Source of the DNA: a virus
Strand: one strand, 5' to 3'
Length of the DNA stretch: 64,000 nt
IMG/VR virus record: IMGVR_UViG_3300022903_000002
Span: 32,001 to 96,000 of that record
Every line of letters starts with the position of its first letter. The stretch's first letter is position 1. Made by a program: the position numbers and the translations under genes. Under the pieces are notes generated by a model. That model was not told the DNA's origin and made no database searches. It worked only from the letters and a program-made list of their open reading frames with translations. Positions 37,508 through 47,852 of the stretch are shown in pieces.

Positions 37508-37572
37508 CCGGGCATCATCCTTGGCGGCGGGCGTGGGGGGCTAGCTTCCTCAACTTTCTAATCTCGACAAGA

Positions 37573-37824
37573 TCAACTATCGCTCGGCCGGTCCCACGTC
37601 TCCCGAATCTCAATGACCTCTACCCGCTTCTCGACCGGAAGGTCATCAAGGAACCGCGCGTCGCCGTAGGCCGCCCGCTTGGCTTCAATGGCCTGTTCCT
37701 CGCTGGCTGCGATGAAAGGCACCCATGTTGCGGTGCACCACGCGCCGTTTGGGTTCTCGCGGCGGAGGTGGAATGTATGTATGGAGTCGTCCGTGGCTGA
37801 AGCACCATGCGTAGGTCTGCTCAA
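37573..37824 (-). CDS. hypothetical protein
   Basis: GGAGAGG RBS. Confidence 0.55.
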   Translation of the reverse strand: MSRPTHGASATDDSIHTFHLRRENPNGAWCTATWVPFIAASEEQAIEAKRAAYGDARFLDDLPVEKRVEVIEIRETWDRPSDS

Positions 37825-37870
37825 GCATCGCTGCCGCCTCTCCTTGGTGATCTTGGGGGTTTGTTTTGCG

Positions 37871-38242
37871 TCACCCGTATTGGAGTGCGCAGCCGTGGTC
37901 GGCGCAGTGCTCCATGCCGTCGATGAGCGACCGCAGCGCCTGAAGGTCGAACGACTCGTTCTCGTTCAGGTTCGGTGCGATCCCCCACTGCTCGGCGACG
38001 ACACGGAGGCGCGGCAACATCCGCCGGCAGTTCTCGGAGGAGATGAACCCATGCACGTCACTGGAGTTCAGGAGCGGCTCCAGCGCGGTCGGGTGGTCTT
38101 CCCAGTCGCGCGGGAGTACTTCGGTGCTGAAGCCGCGCATCTTGTCGAGGTCGATGCCGTCAAGCGAGGCGAGGCGCTTACGGAACATTCCGTAGCCGAC
38201 GTAGTCCCACTGGGCGCCGCCGGGGCTGAACGAGACTCCCAT
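37871..38242 (-). CDS. conserved hypothetical protein
   Basis: WDYVGYGMFRKRLA...LEPLLNSSDVHG. Confidence 0.7.
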   Translation of the reverse strand: MGVSFSPGGAQWDYVGYGMFRKRLASLDGIDLDKMRGFSTEVLPRDWEDHPTALEPLLNSSDVHGFISSENCRRMLPRLRVVAEQWGIAPNLNENESFDLQALRSLIDGMEHCADHGCALQYG

Positions 38243-38252
38243 ATTCGCCCCC

Positions 38253-38546
38253 CTATCTATCGCTGGTGGGCGGTTCGTTGATGCTGGCTGGTTGCGGCTG
38301 ATGGCCCTTGCCGTTGCCGCCGCACTTCTCGGTAAGCATGCGTCCGCGCGGGAGATAAAGGGCTCCGCCGCAGTCGCCGCACCGGGTGATCATCCAGACC
38401 TTGTCGACGCCCGCGCCGCATTCGCACATGGCGGGCGGGTTGTAGCCGTCGAAGTGGAGACCGTCGTGGTCGCACCGATATCTCACGTATCCGGCAGGCC
38501 GGGACGTGTCGTTGCCGTAGGTGGCGGCATAATTGGGGGTGAGCAT
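38253..38546 (-). CDS. Cys-rich hypothetical protein
   Basis: GGAG RBS; CxC and CxxC motifs. Confidence 0.6.
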   Translation of the reverse strand: MLTPNYAATYGNDTSRPAGYVRYRCDHDGLHFDGYNPPAMCECGAGVDKVWMITRCGDCGGALYLPRGRMLTEKCGGNGKGHQPQPASINEPPTSDR

Positions 38547-38549
38547 GGG

Positions 38550-38891
38550 TCAGGCTCCTACTGGTCGCGTGATCCACTGGACTCGGATACGGGGGTGCTC
38601 CCCCGCGTGCTCGTTAGCGGACCTCTCGGCGCCGCGGCGGGTCTTGTAGTTGTTCGCAGTCCACGGGCAACTCCCGCAACGCCACGAGTACGTATCGTCA
38701 CGGAACGGGTTCGCATACACGTTCATGGACGAGCCGACGATGATCGAGCCGGCAGGTGGCGGGGCTGCCTTGGCGACGGTTTGGACGATCTCGCTGATGG
38801 AGGTCCGTTCCGCAGCGGACCTGAAGACGCGTTGCGCGGTGTCGATGTCACCGCGGGCGATCGCAGCGATGACGGCCTTGGCGTCGCTCAT
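38550..38891 (-). CDS. hypothetical protein with C-terminal C2H2-like motif
   Basis: WRCGSCPW...ANEHAGEH. Confidence 0.6.
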   Translation of the reverse strand: MSDAKAVIAAIARGDIDTAQRVFRSAAERTSISEIVQTVAKAAPPPAGSIIVGSSMNVYANPFRDDTYSWRCGSCPWTANNYKTRRGAERSANEHAGEHPRIRVQWITRPVGA

Positions 38892-39760
38892 GCCGCCTCC
38901 CGCTTCTCCGGGTAACGGCGGTGGGTTGCCCAGCCGTCCTCGGTGAGGACGTAGCGGCCCTTCTGGTAGCCGAGGTGTGTTGGGACCGGTTCGGAGAGTA
39001 GGCCTGCGTCAATGAGCGGGTGGATGTATTCCTCGGCTCCGCGAGGCAGGCGATCCGGATACCAGACATGCTTGGCGTCCGGCCGGTCCGGATTCGTCAT
39101 CATGTCCAGTAGGTCGTCGCCAGCCTTCGCGACCTGTACGCGCGTGAGGTGGCAGCCGAGTTCGCCACGGGCGGCCATGGCGAGGATGCGGCGTTGTGTC
39201 GCGTTCGGCTTGCCCGTGTACGGGTCGTACCAGCCGAGGAACGGCTCACGCCCGGCTTCGGCCTTGACCCACTCTTCCTGGTAGGTCATCGCGCCATGGC
39301 GGCAGTCCTGGATACCGGTGTGGAACATTGCGGGCGGGCCACCGGGAAGTTTCAGGTTGTCGCCGGGGAACGTCACGGGCTTCTGTCGGGTCGAGATCGG
39401 TTCCTCGCAGTACCAGCAGGCGCCCTCAGGGATCGACATGAGGCGTCGCGCTCGGCGGAGGGCATGGCTCGCTTTCGACTGCTCGCGCAGGTCCCGGCAC
39501 GGCACGGGTTCGCCGCAGTGGGCGCAGACGGCGTAGTGCTCGGGCAGGACACGCCACGCTTGGTGGTCCTCGCCGTAGATGGAGATGCCTTCGGCTGCGG
39601 GGTCGTCGGCGCGCTGGAGGAAGATCTGCCCGGAGCCAGCGAGGACATCGATGACGCGGTACACGCGATCTTCGTGGGCGATGAGCCGGCCGACTGGTGG
39701 CGTGCGGCCGTACACGCGTCGCTCACCGATCTCATCGAGGACGTGCTGGTACTCGCTCAC
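38888..39760 (-). CDS. hypothetical protein with Zn-binding motifs
   Basis: GGAGG before GTG; CAHCGEPVPC, CWYCEEPI. Confidence 0.65.
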   Translation of the reverse strand: MSEYQHVLDEIGERRVYGRTPPVGRLIAHEDRVYRVIDVLAGSGQIFLQRADDPAAEGISIYGEDHQAWRVLPEHYAVCAHCGEPVPCRDLREQSKASHALRRARRLMSIPEGACWYCEEPISTRQKPVTFPGDNLKLPGGPPAMFHTGIQDCRHGAMTYQEEWVKAEAGREPFLGWYDPYTGKPNATQRRILAMAARGELGCHLTRVQVAKAGDDLLDMMTNPDRPDAKHVWYPDRLPRGAEEYIHPLIDAGLLSEPVPTHLGYQKGRYVLTEDGWATHRRYPEKREAA

Positions 39761-39818
39761 TGGCCCTCCTGGTCGGTGATGGACTGCCGGGTCCGCTCGA
39801 TCAGCGCAGCGAGTGCGA

Positions 39819-40178
39819 TCACGGGGAGCCCTCCTGTGTCTCTCCAGCCCTACCGGGGGCATCGGGCGTCTCGCGGTTGATCAGGATTAGCTCGCGGACG
39901 CAGGTCGCCCGGATGTCGCGGACGCAACCGGCGATGAAGCGCTCACCGCGCCGGTTGAGTTGGACTGTGGTCTTAACACCAGCCAAGCCGTGCAGGTTGG
40001 TCCACTCCGGATCGTCGGAGTGGATGTGCAGGTCGATGAACAGGTTCGGGCCCCGGTTCTGACGGCAGAGCGCTCGGTAGTCACGCTCGGCCCTCCTTTG
40101 TTCGCGGACGAGCCGACCTGCTTCGAGGATCGCGCGGGCGACGACTCGGGGTGCGGCGATCACGCCGGACATATCCAT
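39819..40178 (-). CDS. hypothetical protein
   Basis: GGAGG RBS; operon context. Confidence 0.5.
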   Translation of the reverse strand: MDMSGVIAAPRVVARAILEAGRLVREQRRAERDYRALCRQNRGPNLFIDLHIHSDDPEWTNLHGLAGVKTTVQLNRRGERFIAGCVRDIRATCVRELILINRETPDAPGRAGETQEGSP

Positions 40179-40179
40179 C

Positions 40180-40491
40180 TCAGCCCTCCTGAGCCTCTGT
40201 GGCCCCGCCGGTCGCCTCCGTAGCCGCAGACACGGGAGAGGGGGCGTCAGCGTTGCTCTCAGGCTCGCTGCGGTAGTCGAGGTGTGGCACGCCTGCCACG
40301 CACATCGCCCCGCAGTGCTGGCAGTGGAACTGGCCCAGCGGCGCGCCAACGAGCTGTTGCGGCTCCCACGGCCATGGGCAACGCTCGCCCATCTCGTTCA
40401 GCGGGGCGTCGATGCTCATGTCCCTGGACAGGTCCAGGGCGACGGCATCCTTCGGTGCAATGTCTTTCCAAGATCGGACGGTCTCAGCCAT
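40180..40491 (-). CDS. hypothetical protein
   Basis: CPWPW...FHCQHCG...PHLDY. Confidence 0.6.
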   Translation of the reverse strand: MAETVRSWKDIAPKDAVALDLSRDMSIDAPLNEMGERCPWPWEPQQLVGAPLGQFHCQHCGAMCVAGVPHLDYRSEPESNADAPSPVSAATEATGGATEAQEG

Positions 40492-40495
40492 CGGT

Positions 40496-41701
40496 TCAGT
40501 CCTCTCCGCCCGTGGGGGCGTCCGGGGTCGTCTCAGGGAGGAGATTGCCGCTCCAGTCGACTCCGGCTCGGCGGGTTACCTCGGCGTCTCCGGGGGCCTC
40601 AGGGGCGTCCAGGGCGGCAAGGACTTCCGTGGCGAGACATTCGTAGGCCGTCCGCCAGGCGTTCCACCTGACCTCCTCGACGCCGTTCTTAGCCTCGTTC
40701 ACACGCGTCGCTGCCGAGCGGGCTCGCCTCTTCCAATCGGACGTGAGCGCTCGGATGGCGGCCTTGAGCGCGTCCCGCTCGGTCTCGGCCGCGACAACAC
40801 GGTCATCGTCAGGTGGCGGGACGTCCAGCGGAACCCACACGCCGCCGCGCTGCTCCTCGGTGCGGAAGACACCGAACGCGCGGCGGTAGCGGATGCGGTC
40901 ACCGGTCTCTGGGCTCCACACTTCGTGCCAATTCTCGCGGTGACTACGCGGCAGGTCGCACTGGATCGGGAATGACCAATGGACGGAGATGCAGCGGCTC
41001 TCGTCGGACAGGTCCGGTGTGATCTCAGCGCTCATCGTTTGTCTCCTCGGTGGTGGCCTGTCGCCCTCGGCCGCTATCGCGCGGGTCACGGCCCGCTGGT
41101 GCTGCTCGATACGGGAGGACAGCTCGGCCTCGGCGTGCTCGGCGCGGGCGGTCAGGTGAACCAGGTGCTCGTCCCGGACCGACAGGGCGGCAGCAGCCAG
41201 ATCGGCGAAGCTCGCACCGACGAAGTGGGCGAGGCCGACGGAGCCGTCGTATGGCGGGCGCTCCGGCAGGACGCTCGCCTTGACGCGCGCTTCGATCGCT
41301 TCGGCCATCCGGGCGGGCAGGTCACCGGGATCACCAGCCAGAGCGGCCAGCATGCGGTCGGCGATGTCACGGCCCCAGGCCGCAGCGATGCTGTCCGCGA
41401 TCGTGTGGACCTGCCCAAGGGAGTCGCCGTCAGCGCAGGAGAAGAACCCGTAGTTCGCGAACGGGTACATCCGCATCCAGTTCGTGGCGACCTCGGTCAG
41501 GCGCTCGCGCAGGCCCTCAGCGGTTACGGGTGCGCGCTCGCTGGCGGCACGAAGAGCGTCGAGGAGACGGCAGGCGGAGTGCCAGACCTCACCCTCCCCG
41601 TAGGTCTTCAGGTGCTGAGCGACCTGAGCGACATCATCGAACGAGGCTGTCACAGTCGCCGGGTCAGCGGTTACGGGTGCGGTTGTGTCGTCCGTGGTCA
41701 C
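40496..41701 (-). CDS. mosaic hypothetical protein (second in-frame start at 41035)
   Basis: Long ORF; internal GAGGAG before ATG. Confidence 0.6.
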   Translation of the reverse strand: MTTDDTTAPVTADPATVTASFDDVAQVAQHLKTYGEGEVWHSACRLLDALRAASERAPVTAEGLRERLTEVATNWMRMYPFANYGFFSCADGDSLGQVHTIADSIAAAWGRDIADRMLAALAGDPGDLPARMAEAIEARVKASVLPERPPYDGSVGLAHFVGASFADLAAAALSVRDEHLVHLTARAEHAEAELSSRIEQHQRAVTRAIAAEGDRPPPRRQTMSAEITPDLSDESRCISVHWSFPIQCDLPRSHRENWHEVWSPETGDRIRYRRAFGVFRTEEQRGGVWVPLDVPPPDDDRVVAAETERDALKAAIRALTSDWKRRARSAATRVNEAKNGVEEVRWNAWRTAYECLATEVLAALDAPEAPGDAEVTRRAGVDWSGNLLPETTPDAPTGGED

Positions 41702-42123
41702 GATCGCTCCTCACCGGTTGCTGCCATTCGGTAGGTATCGCACGGCCACATGTCTCCACACGCCACGCAGTAGTTGCCAGTCATGCCGCCCGGCGCGGTC
41801 TCACGCGCGTGCCATGCGCCGATCCTGGACAGGCGCTCTTCCAGGGTCTGGATCCGCTGTATGGCGAGGTAGGTCCGCGCGTCGAGGTTCCGCTCGTCGA
41901 TCCATGCACCTCGACCGCGAGGAATGTTGGCCAGGTCGAGTAGATGGTGCGCGACGACCGCGAACATGAGTTGCTCGGCGACGGCCGTCGGCAGGTCCGG
42001 CGGCCCAGGGTTCGGGAGGATCGGGTGTGGCTTGCCCTGGAGGATCTGGAGGAGCGTCCAGTTGATCTCCCCCGGCTCGGTGGTGTCGTCCTGCGGTGTG
42101 CGCTCGGGTGCGGGCTCAAGCAT
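41698..42123 (-). CDS. hypothetical protein
   Basis: C-terminal H...CVACG..WPCDT motif. Confidence 0.6.
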   Translation of the reverse strand: MLEPAPERTPQDDTTEPGEINWTLLQILQGKPHPILPNPGPPDLPTAVAEQLMFAVVAHHLLDLANIPRGRGAWIDERNLDARTYLAIQRIQTLEERLSRIGAWHARETAPGGMTGNYCVACGDMWPCDTYRMAATGEERS

Positions 42124-42376
42124 CGTTGCCTCCTGCCGATGCGCTCTGCGGTACCTGCGTGTGATGCTCGGCCTGCCACGCCACGATCTGCTCACGAGCC
42201 GCAGCGATACCGTCTAGATGCCGCTGCGGCGATCCCGCCCGGCGGCACAGGTCCTCGTACTCGACCAGCAGCCACGGCGTCACCTGATCCTGAGCGCGGA
42301 ACACGAACACGGGCTCGTCCTCGCCGATGTCGCCGCACTCCAGCTCGACACGTCCGTACTTACGATCACAGGCCAT
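42116..42376 (-). CDS. conserved small phage protein
   Basis: DEPVFVFRAQD motif. Confidence 0.65.
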   Translation of the reverse strand: MACDRKYGRVELECGDIGEDEPVFVFRAQDQVTPWLLVEYEDLCRRAGSPQRHLDGIAAAREQIVAWQAEHHTQVPQSASAGGNDA

Positions 42377-42679
42377 CTCAGGTCTCTTTCTTTTTGGGTG
42401 ATGGCGGGGTTTTCTGCGGCGCTCCTTACTGCGGAGGATTCGCATTCGCGTGGTATCGAGTTTGAGGGGAAGTCGCTATCGGATACGCTCCCGCCATTTT
42501 ATCAAGTTCGACGTGATCGGCAGGCGTTAATGAATGGCTACCGGGAAAGCGTGATTAAGCTGATTGCGGAATCCAGCTAGTTCCGCACCTACGACAAAGA
42601 CAACTGCGGGATCTAGCGTGAATAGGTGTCGGCTGCTCGCAGTTCGGCCAGGGCGGCTGAGCGAGAAGCAGCGGATCGC

Positions 42680-42886
42680 TCACCGGATCACCCGGTCCCG
42701 GTCGGCGTCCCACGCGGTGCAATGCGAAGCGGTCCGGCCGTCGTCCCAGCGGATCGTGATCTGCCATGCCGGCCATACGGGACGGTCGGTTTCGATGCCT
42801 AGGACGTCGTACTCCTGCCCCCAGTAGCCGCAGTAGTAGCGGCCACCGACGCGCTGGGGGCCGATCTCGCGGGCGAAGGCGGTCAC
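42680..42886 (-). CDS. hypothetical protein
   Basis: Coupled ORF; WDDGRTASHCT. Confidence 0.6.
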   Translation of the reverse strand: MTAFAREIGPQRVGGRYYCGYWGQEYDVLGIETDRPVWPAWQITIRWDDGRTASHCTAWDADRDRVIR

Positions 42887-43104
42887 CGGTTGAGCCTTTC
42901 GCAGTTGCTGCAGTTAGGTGCGCCGAGGTTCATGGGATCGGCCCTGTCCGGGTCGGCGACGAGAAGGACGCCGCACAAGGCCCGCGGCACTTTCAGCCCG
43001 AGGCGGTCCAGCCAGTACTGGATGTCTCCGACGATATGGACGTAGTTGTCGTCGCTGCTGCTGGGGGCGAGGCGGGTGTCGGTCTGTGGAGCGGATCTGG
43101 CCAT
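42883..43104 (-). CDS. small Cys/His protein
   Basis: AGGAAG RBS; ALCG...CSNC. Confidence 0.55.
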   Translation of the reverse strand: MARSAPQTDTRLAPSSSDDNYVHIVGDIQYWLDRLGLKVPRALCGVLLVADPDRADPMNLGAPNCSNCERLNR

Positions 43105-43147
43105 GGTCTTCCTTCTCTCTGCTAGCTGATGGTGTGGCCGTAGACGT

Positions 43148-43821
43148 TCATGGGGTGACTTCTTGGCAACACGAGATCAGGGAGGTATCGCGGTGCCTCT
43201 GCTGGTGTTTCCCTGCGGCGGTGCGCGCCTTATCGATGCCTTTGACGTGCTTGATCGCCTCGCATCGGCCGCAGTAGACGAAGTCGTGGCGTGGTTCCGG
43301 CCCGGGCCCGTAGCCGATCGCGTCTTCTATCGGAACGCTGACTTCGGCAGCGAAGTGGGCCAGTAGAGCGGCGGCGGCGTCTTTGCTGATTCGGCTCATG
43401 CCTGACCTGCCCTGCAGGCGCAGTACACGGTCCGGCCTCGGCCGCCGTTGCGGTACTCGACCCACTCCCCGCGGTCCCAGCACTCAGTGCAGTCATACGG
43501 AGGCATGCCTCAGCCCCGCTTCCATGGGTCCGGAAGGCGAGCCGCGCGGGATCCCTGCGTGACCATCGTCGCGAAATCCAGCTGCGTCATCTCGAAGCTC
43601 ATCAGGAGCTTGCCTCGGGCGTAAACCTCGACCTGCACGCCGCCGCCACAGGGCTTGAACTGAATCGTGTCTGTCATGGCTCAGGCCACCTCCACGTCGG
43701 AGACGGTGAAGTCAGGCCAGTCATCCGCTGCCATGCCTCTGACGGCGTCCTCGTTCGCGCCGCGGTAGTCCATGTCGAAGCTGCCGTTCGAGCTTGAGAG
43801 GGTGACGACGAAGAGCGCCAT
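43148..43821 (-). CDS. run of four tiny ORFs (43681-43821, 43510-43677, 43396-43506, 43148-43399)
   Basis: Hand-translated, closely packed ATG ORFs beginning MALFVV, MTDTIQ, MPPYDC and MSRISK. Confidence 0.5.
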
Positions 43822-43823
43822 GT

Positions 43824-44129
43824 TCAGGCCGCCTTAAGGAACGCGTAGAAGACCTCCGCCTCGGCGATCAACAGCGCCGGGTCATCATCCGGATCGCGAT
43901 CGAAGTCGCGGTTGTTGGACGCCCTGAACAGAGACCGGTAGCGGGCGTCCTGCTCCGCTGCGTCTCCGGTCTCCACCCAGTCGATGAGGACCTTCGCGTT
44001 AGCTGCGACCGCGCCCGGGTTGCTTCGCTCGGTGGTCAGGTCGCCGGCGTAGCCGAGTACGTGATCGCGGCGGATCCGGACGGTACTCTCCCGAGGTTTT
44101 TCGGGGGCGTTGATCGAGTTGAGTTCCAT
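43824..44129 (-). CDS. hypothetical protein
   Basis: Operon context downstream of traB. Confidence 0.6.
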   Translation of the reverse strand: MELNSINAPEKPRESTVRIRRDHVLGYAGDLTTERSNPGAVAANAKVLIDWVETGDAAEQDARYRSLFRASNNRDFDRDPDDDPALLIAEAEVFYAFLKAA

Positions 44130-44132
44130 AGT

Positions 44133-44384
44133 TCAGGCCATCGCTTTCATGTTGGCGAGGTGGCGCTGGCCGACCTCGGTGATCGTGTACGACGTGTGCA
44201 CCGCACCGCGGACCGCGGACAGATAGCCGGAGTCGGCGAGCTGGTGCAGGGCCGCGCGGATGTAGGAGGCCGGCACGCCAGGCTGGACGCGCTGCAGATC
44301 CCCGATCGTGTGCGGCAGATCGTTGGTGAAGGCGGCCAGGACCGCGTTGTTCACGTCATTCCAGGCGGCGTCGGTAGAACCCAT
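44133..44384 (-). CDS. winged-HTH-like small protein
   Basis: YIRAALHQLADSGYL...YTITEVG. Confidence 0.6.
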   Translation of the reverse strand: MGSTDAAWNDVNNAVLAAFTNDLPHTIGDLQRVQPGVPASYIRAALHQLADSGYLSAVRGAVHTSYTITEVGQRHLANMKAMA

Positions 44385-44420
44385 GGCGGGTGTGTCCTTT
44401 CGGGAGTGGGGGGAGGAGGG

Positions 44421-46364
44421 TTAGGCGGCGACTGACGCCAGCCGCTGTTTGCCCCGTTCGGTGATGCGATACAGTCCGCGACCGGTCTTCTCGATCTCGC
44501 CCGAGGCGACCAGGTCGGTGAGAGCCTTGGTGATAGTGCGGAGCGCCGGCGGCGGGGACATGTGGGTCTGGATGAACCCGACCATCTCCCCTCGGTTCAC
44601 TTCCTGGCCGTCCCGCTCCGCCAGATAACTCAAGACGGCGTCTTCGCCGATGCGGGACTGGTCGGAGTCGTCCTGTGTGTCCGCCTTCGATGACTGGCTT
44701 TGTGGGGTGTGGGCGCTGGCTCCGTCGCCGCCGGCGACAGGACCGACGAACGGCTCGAGTTGCGCCGGCTCCCCGCTCGTTGCCCAACGTCGCGGCTTGA
44801 TGATCAGGAACGTTCGCATCGTCGCGGGACGGTCAGCGCCGGGCCCGAACACGTAACCGAGACCTGAAGTCGTGTCTCCGTTCGGCCATTCCTTGGGCAG
44901 CGTGCACGGGTCGACGGGCATCGACCCGTTGAACGCGACCTGGCCCGAGAGGCGGTTCGCGGTGCGGAACACGATGACGTTCCCGGCGGCGACTGCGTCA
45001 CGGATCGCCATGGAGTTGCCCAGGCTGTTCAACAGCGGCACTTGGGTGATTAGCCGGAATTTGATCCCGCACTTGCGGGACATCGCGATCATTTCCTCAA
45101 CGAGCGCACAGCAGACAGGGTCACCGAGGACGGTCTGCGCCTCGTCGACTGTGACGCTGATCATTGGCAGGCCGTGACGCGGGTCGCCGGGGGTGAACTC
45201 CTCGATGCCCTCGATCTCTTCGCCGTCCTCATCGACCCACCGGATCGTGGACATGAGTTCGTTGCGGGCGTACATACGGTCGCGGAGTTCACGGAGCCGG
45301 CCGCGGATCGCGTCGAGGCCACCAGCGAACTGAGCGACAGCGTTCTTCCACCCAGACTCGGAGTAGGACTGCCCGCGTTGCGGGTCCAGAAGGATCGAAG
45401 CGATCACACCAGAGTGGCGTTCCTCGGCGAGGAGGAGTTTGACGAGGACAGACTTCCCGGCGTCGGTGGATCCGGCGATGAGGTCGTGGACCGGCCCGGA
45501 CCGTGGCCGGTAGTGCCGGTACGAGACAGGATTCCCGTCGGTGTACACGCCGATACGGGAGACACCAGTGGCGGTTTTGAGAGTCGGCCCAGGCCAGTGG
45601 TGAACCTCCTGGAGCGGGTTCTCGGCCTGCACGAGCACCCGGAAGTGCCGAAGGGACCCGTCGGGGGCCGGTTCGATACTGATCGAGCCGGTCTTCAGGT
45701 GGAGTGCGCCACCGATGTCCTCGGTCGCCATAATCGCGCGCTTGTAGGTGCCTTTGGTGACTTCGCCCAGTCCGGCCCAGCCGCCGCGGATCTTCTCTAC
45801 TTCGAGGATCCGCGAGTGCTCGAGCGGGCCGCCTGAGCAGGAGACATGGAGGCGCCACGACTCGACCAGCTCCGGGTCCTCCGCGACGGGCGCGACCTCG
45901 GGCGCCTGGTGGTTGCGGATGCGGTAGCGCCACCACCACGGCAACGCGAACGCCCCACCGACGATCGCGAGCCACGCGGGCATCGGCTTGCCGACACCGT
46001 GCGCTGCGGCTTCCATGAGCCACAGCGTCGCCGCGATGATTGAGGTGACCGCGTGCAACTGCCGCCAGATATTCACGGCCTTGGCGTAGAGGGCCCACCA
46101 TGTGCCGCCGGCGGTTACCGCGCCGGTTGCGAGGACCGCCCACCACGGGGCACTGAACACCTCCAAGGCGAACCCAGTGACGTAGGCGCCGCCCATGACC
46201 TCGACGGGGATGAGTTGGCGGCGGAACCGTCTCCCGACCTTGAACGTCCCGGCGAGGGCCCGGTGCTCCTTCTTCGGAGCGGACGCCGCAGCGGCAACCG
46301 CTGGCTGGGACACGTCAACGCGAACCGTCTGCGGGTCCCGCTGCTCAACTGCTACGGCGTCCAT
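44421..46364 (-). CDS. traB: FtsK/SpoIIIE-family conjugative DNA translocase (TraB/TraSA-like)
   Basis: N-terminal TM segments, Walker A IAGSTDAGKS, Walker B VTVDEAQ, SRKCGI..LITQ, C-terminal wHTH (KALTDLVASGEIEKTGRGLY). Confidence 0.85.
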   Translation of the reverse strand: MDAVAVEQRDPQTVRVDVSQPAVAAAASAPKKEHRALAGTFKVGRRFRRQLIPVEVMGGAYVTGFALEVFSAPWWAVLATGAVTAGGTWWALYAKAVNIWRQLHAVTSIIAATLWLMEAAAHGVGKPMPAWLAIVGGAFALPWWWRYRIRNHQAPEVAPVAEDPELVESWRLHVSCSGGPLEHSRILEVEKIRGGWAGLGEVTKGTYKRAIMATEDIGGALHLKTGSISIEPAPDGSLRHFRVLVQAENPLQEVHHWPGPTLKTATGVSRIGVYTDGNPVSYRHYRPRSGPVHDLIAGSTDAGKSVLVKLLLAEERHSGVIASILLDPQRGQSYSESGWKNAVAQFAGGLDAIRGRLRELRDRMYARNELMSTIRWVDEDGEEIEGIEEFTPGDPRHGLPMISVTVDEAQTVLGDPVCCALVEEMIAMSRKCGIKFRLITQVPLLNSLGNSMAIRDAVAAGNVIVFRTANRLSGQVAFNGSMPVDPCTLPKEWPNGDTTSGLGYVFGPGADRPATMRTFLIIKPRRWATSGEPAQLEPFVGPVAGGDGASAHTPQSQSSKADTQDDSDQSRIGEDAVLSYLAERDGQEVNRGEMVGFIQTHMSPPPALRTITKALTDLVASGEIEKTGRGLYRITERGKQRLASVAA

Positions 46365-46436
46365 GGGTCTCCGTCCCTGGAAAATGTGAGATGTGGGGTG
46401 GGCCCGGGCGCGTCACCGCCCGGACCCGAATGCAGG

Positions 46437-47354
46437 TCAGCCGCTGTAGAAGCTCGTGTCGCCGACCTTCGCCGTGGCGCCCTGGACGGACTGCTCGACG
46501 TTCTCGTGGCCCTGCGTCCGCAGCTTTGTGCGCGCCGCCTCAGCGTTCGCGACGGTCTGCTCCGCGGCCTGCAGGCGCTGCGTCGCCGCGGTGCGCCGCT
46601 GCATCGCTGCATCCATCAGATCCGTCATCCCGCCGGCGGTCTCAGAACCCAGGCCCGCGTTCAGCAGGCTCGTGTTCGTGGACTCGTGCGCGGCGATCTC
46701 CTTGTCCGCTGCGGCGATCTCCGCTCGGGCTTCCTCGATCCGCCCTGCCGCTGCGCTGATCGTCGCGTCAAGGTGGGTGCGGTAGGTGCCGATGTTGGTG
46801 GTCTCACCGGTCATCGTGTCGGTCACTGTCGTTTCCTTTCCTGTTGGAGACTCACTGCCTGCCCCGGCCGGGACAGCCCGGAGAACGGCCGCGCCTCGAA
46901 CACGCGACGTCGGCTCCTCTGGTTTCGGGGTGGGTGTCGTCGGCTCCGGCTCGCTCGCCTCGGCCGCAGCGCCTCGCCGGAACTTCGCTTTGGCTCGTTC
47001 CCAGCCAGCGCGGATCGCGTTCCGCAGCGGCGGTACCGGCTCTCCGGTCGCGGCGCGGCGTTCCTGCCATTCCTGGTGCTGCTTCTTGGCAGCGACGAAT
47101 CCGTCCCGCATGTCGGCGACGGTCGGCGACCAGCCGTGCCGCAATTGGTATGCGAAATGACCGAGGGCGTTTCTTCGGGCACCCCACCACAGAGCGCGGG
47201 CGCGCCGGGATTTGTCCCAGCTCGGGTGTCGGCTTTTCAGTTCTTTGTTGAGTTGTTTCCGGTAGCGGTCTTGGGCGGTCCGGTATTCGGCGGCTTTGCC
47301 TTCGAATATGTGGCACAGCGCCCAGCCGATTGCGACGAGCAGTAGAAGTCCCAT
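46437..47354 (-). CDS. transfer-associated membrane/coiled-coil protein (internal start 46826)
   Basis: N-terminal TM; AGGAAAGGA before internal GTG; Ala-rich helical C-domain; directly upstream of traB. Confidence 0.65.
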   Translation of the reverse strand: MGLLLLVAIGWALCHIFEGKAAEYRTAQDRYRKQLNKELKSRHPSWDKSRRARALWWGARRNALGHFAYQLRHGWSPTVADMRDGFVAAKKQHQEWQERRAATGEPVPPLRNAIRAGWERAKAKFRRGAAAEASEPEPTTPTPKPEEPTSRVRGAAVLRAVPAGAGSESPTGKETTVTDTMTGETTNIGTYRTHLDATISAAAGRIEEARAEIAAADKEIAAHESTNTSLLNAGLGSETAGGMTDLMDAAMQRRTAATQRLQAAEQTVANAEAARTKLRTQGHENVEQSVQGATAKVGDTSFYSG

Positions 47355-47358
47355 TACG

Positions 47359-47826
47359 TCACACCCCGAACAATTTTCCGATGACGGCGGCACCAGTCAC
47401 CGCGACGGTTGACAGGAAAGTGGCGAGCCAGCTACCGATGGTCCCGCCGATCTGCGGCCCGAAAGCGGGAAGTAGAAGCGCGGAAATCTCGGTGGTCCGG
47501 TTCGACTGGTGTTTCGGCCACAAGTCGTAGATGACGATGTAGGCGAGGACGAACGCGATCACAACGGGGATGGCAGCACCGACGTAGGGGATGGTGACGG
47601 CCCACCGCATCACGGTGACGGCCCACGAGGCGAGGAACGCGGCGGCGAACCCCACCCCGGCGATCAGGTACAGCCACGGCTTCAGGAACTCGATCTTGCC
47701 GAGGGGCTTCCAGTTCAGCAGCAGCGCGAACGTGATGCAGATGCCAGCGGCGCCGAGCGAGATGGCGGTGAAGTGGTGCGGGACAGACGCCGATACGGCG
47801 GCCTGCCTCGCAGCTACGGATGTCAA
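47359..47826 (-). CDS. Spd-like multi-pass membrane protein
   Basis: AAGGAGAGG before TTG; about four TM helices. Confidence 0.6.
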   Translation of the reverse strand: MTSVAARQAAVSASVPHHFTAISLGAAGICITFALLLNWKPLGKIEFLKPWLYLIAGVGFAAAFLASWAVTVMRWAVTIPYVGAAIPVVIAFVLAYIVIYDLWPKHQSNRTTEISALLLPAFGPQIGGTIGSWLATFLSTVAVTGAAVIGKLFGV

Positions 47827-47852
47827 GGGACCTCTCCTTCTGTGAGCAGGGA

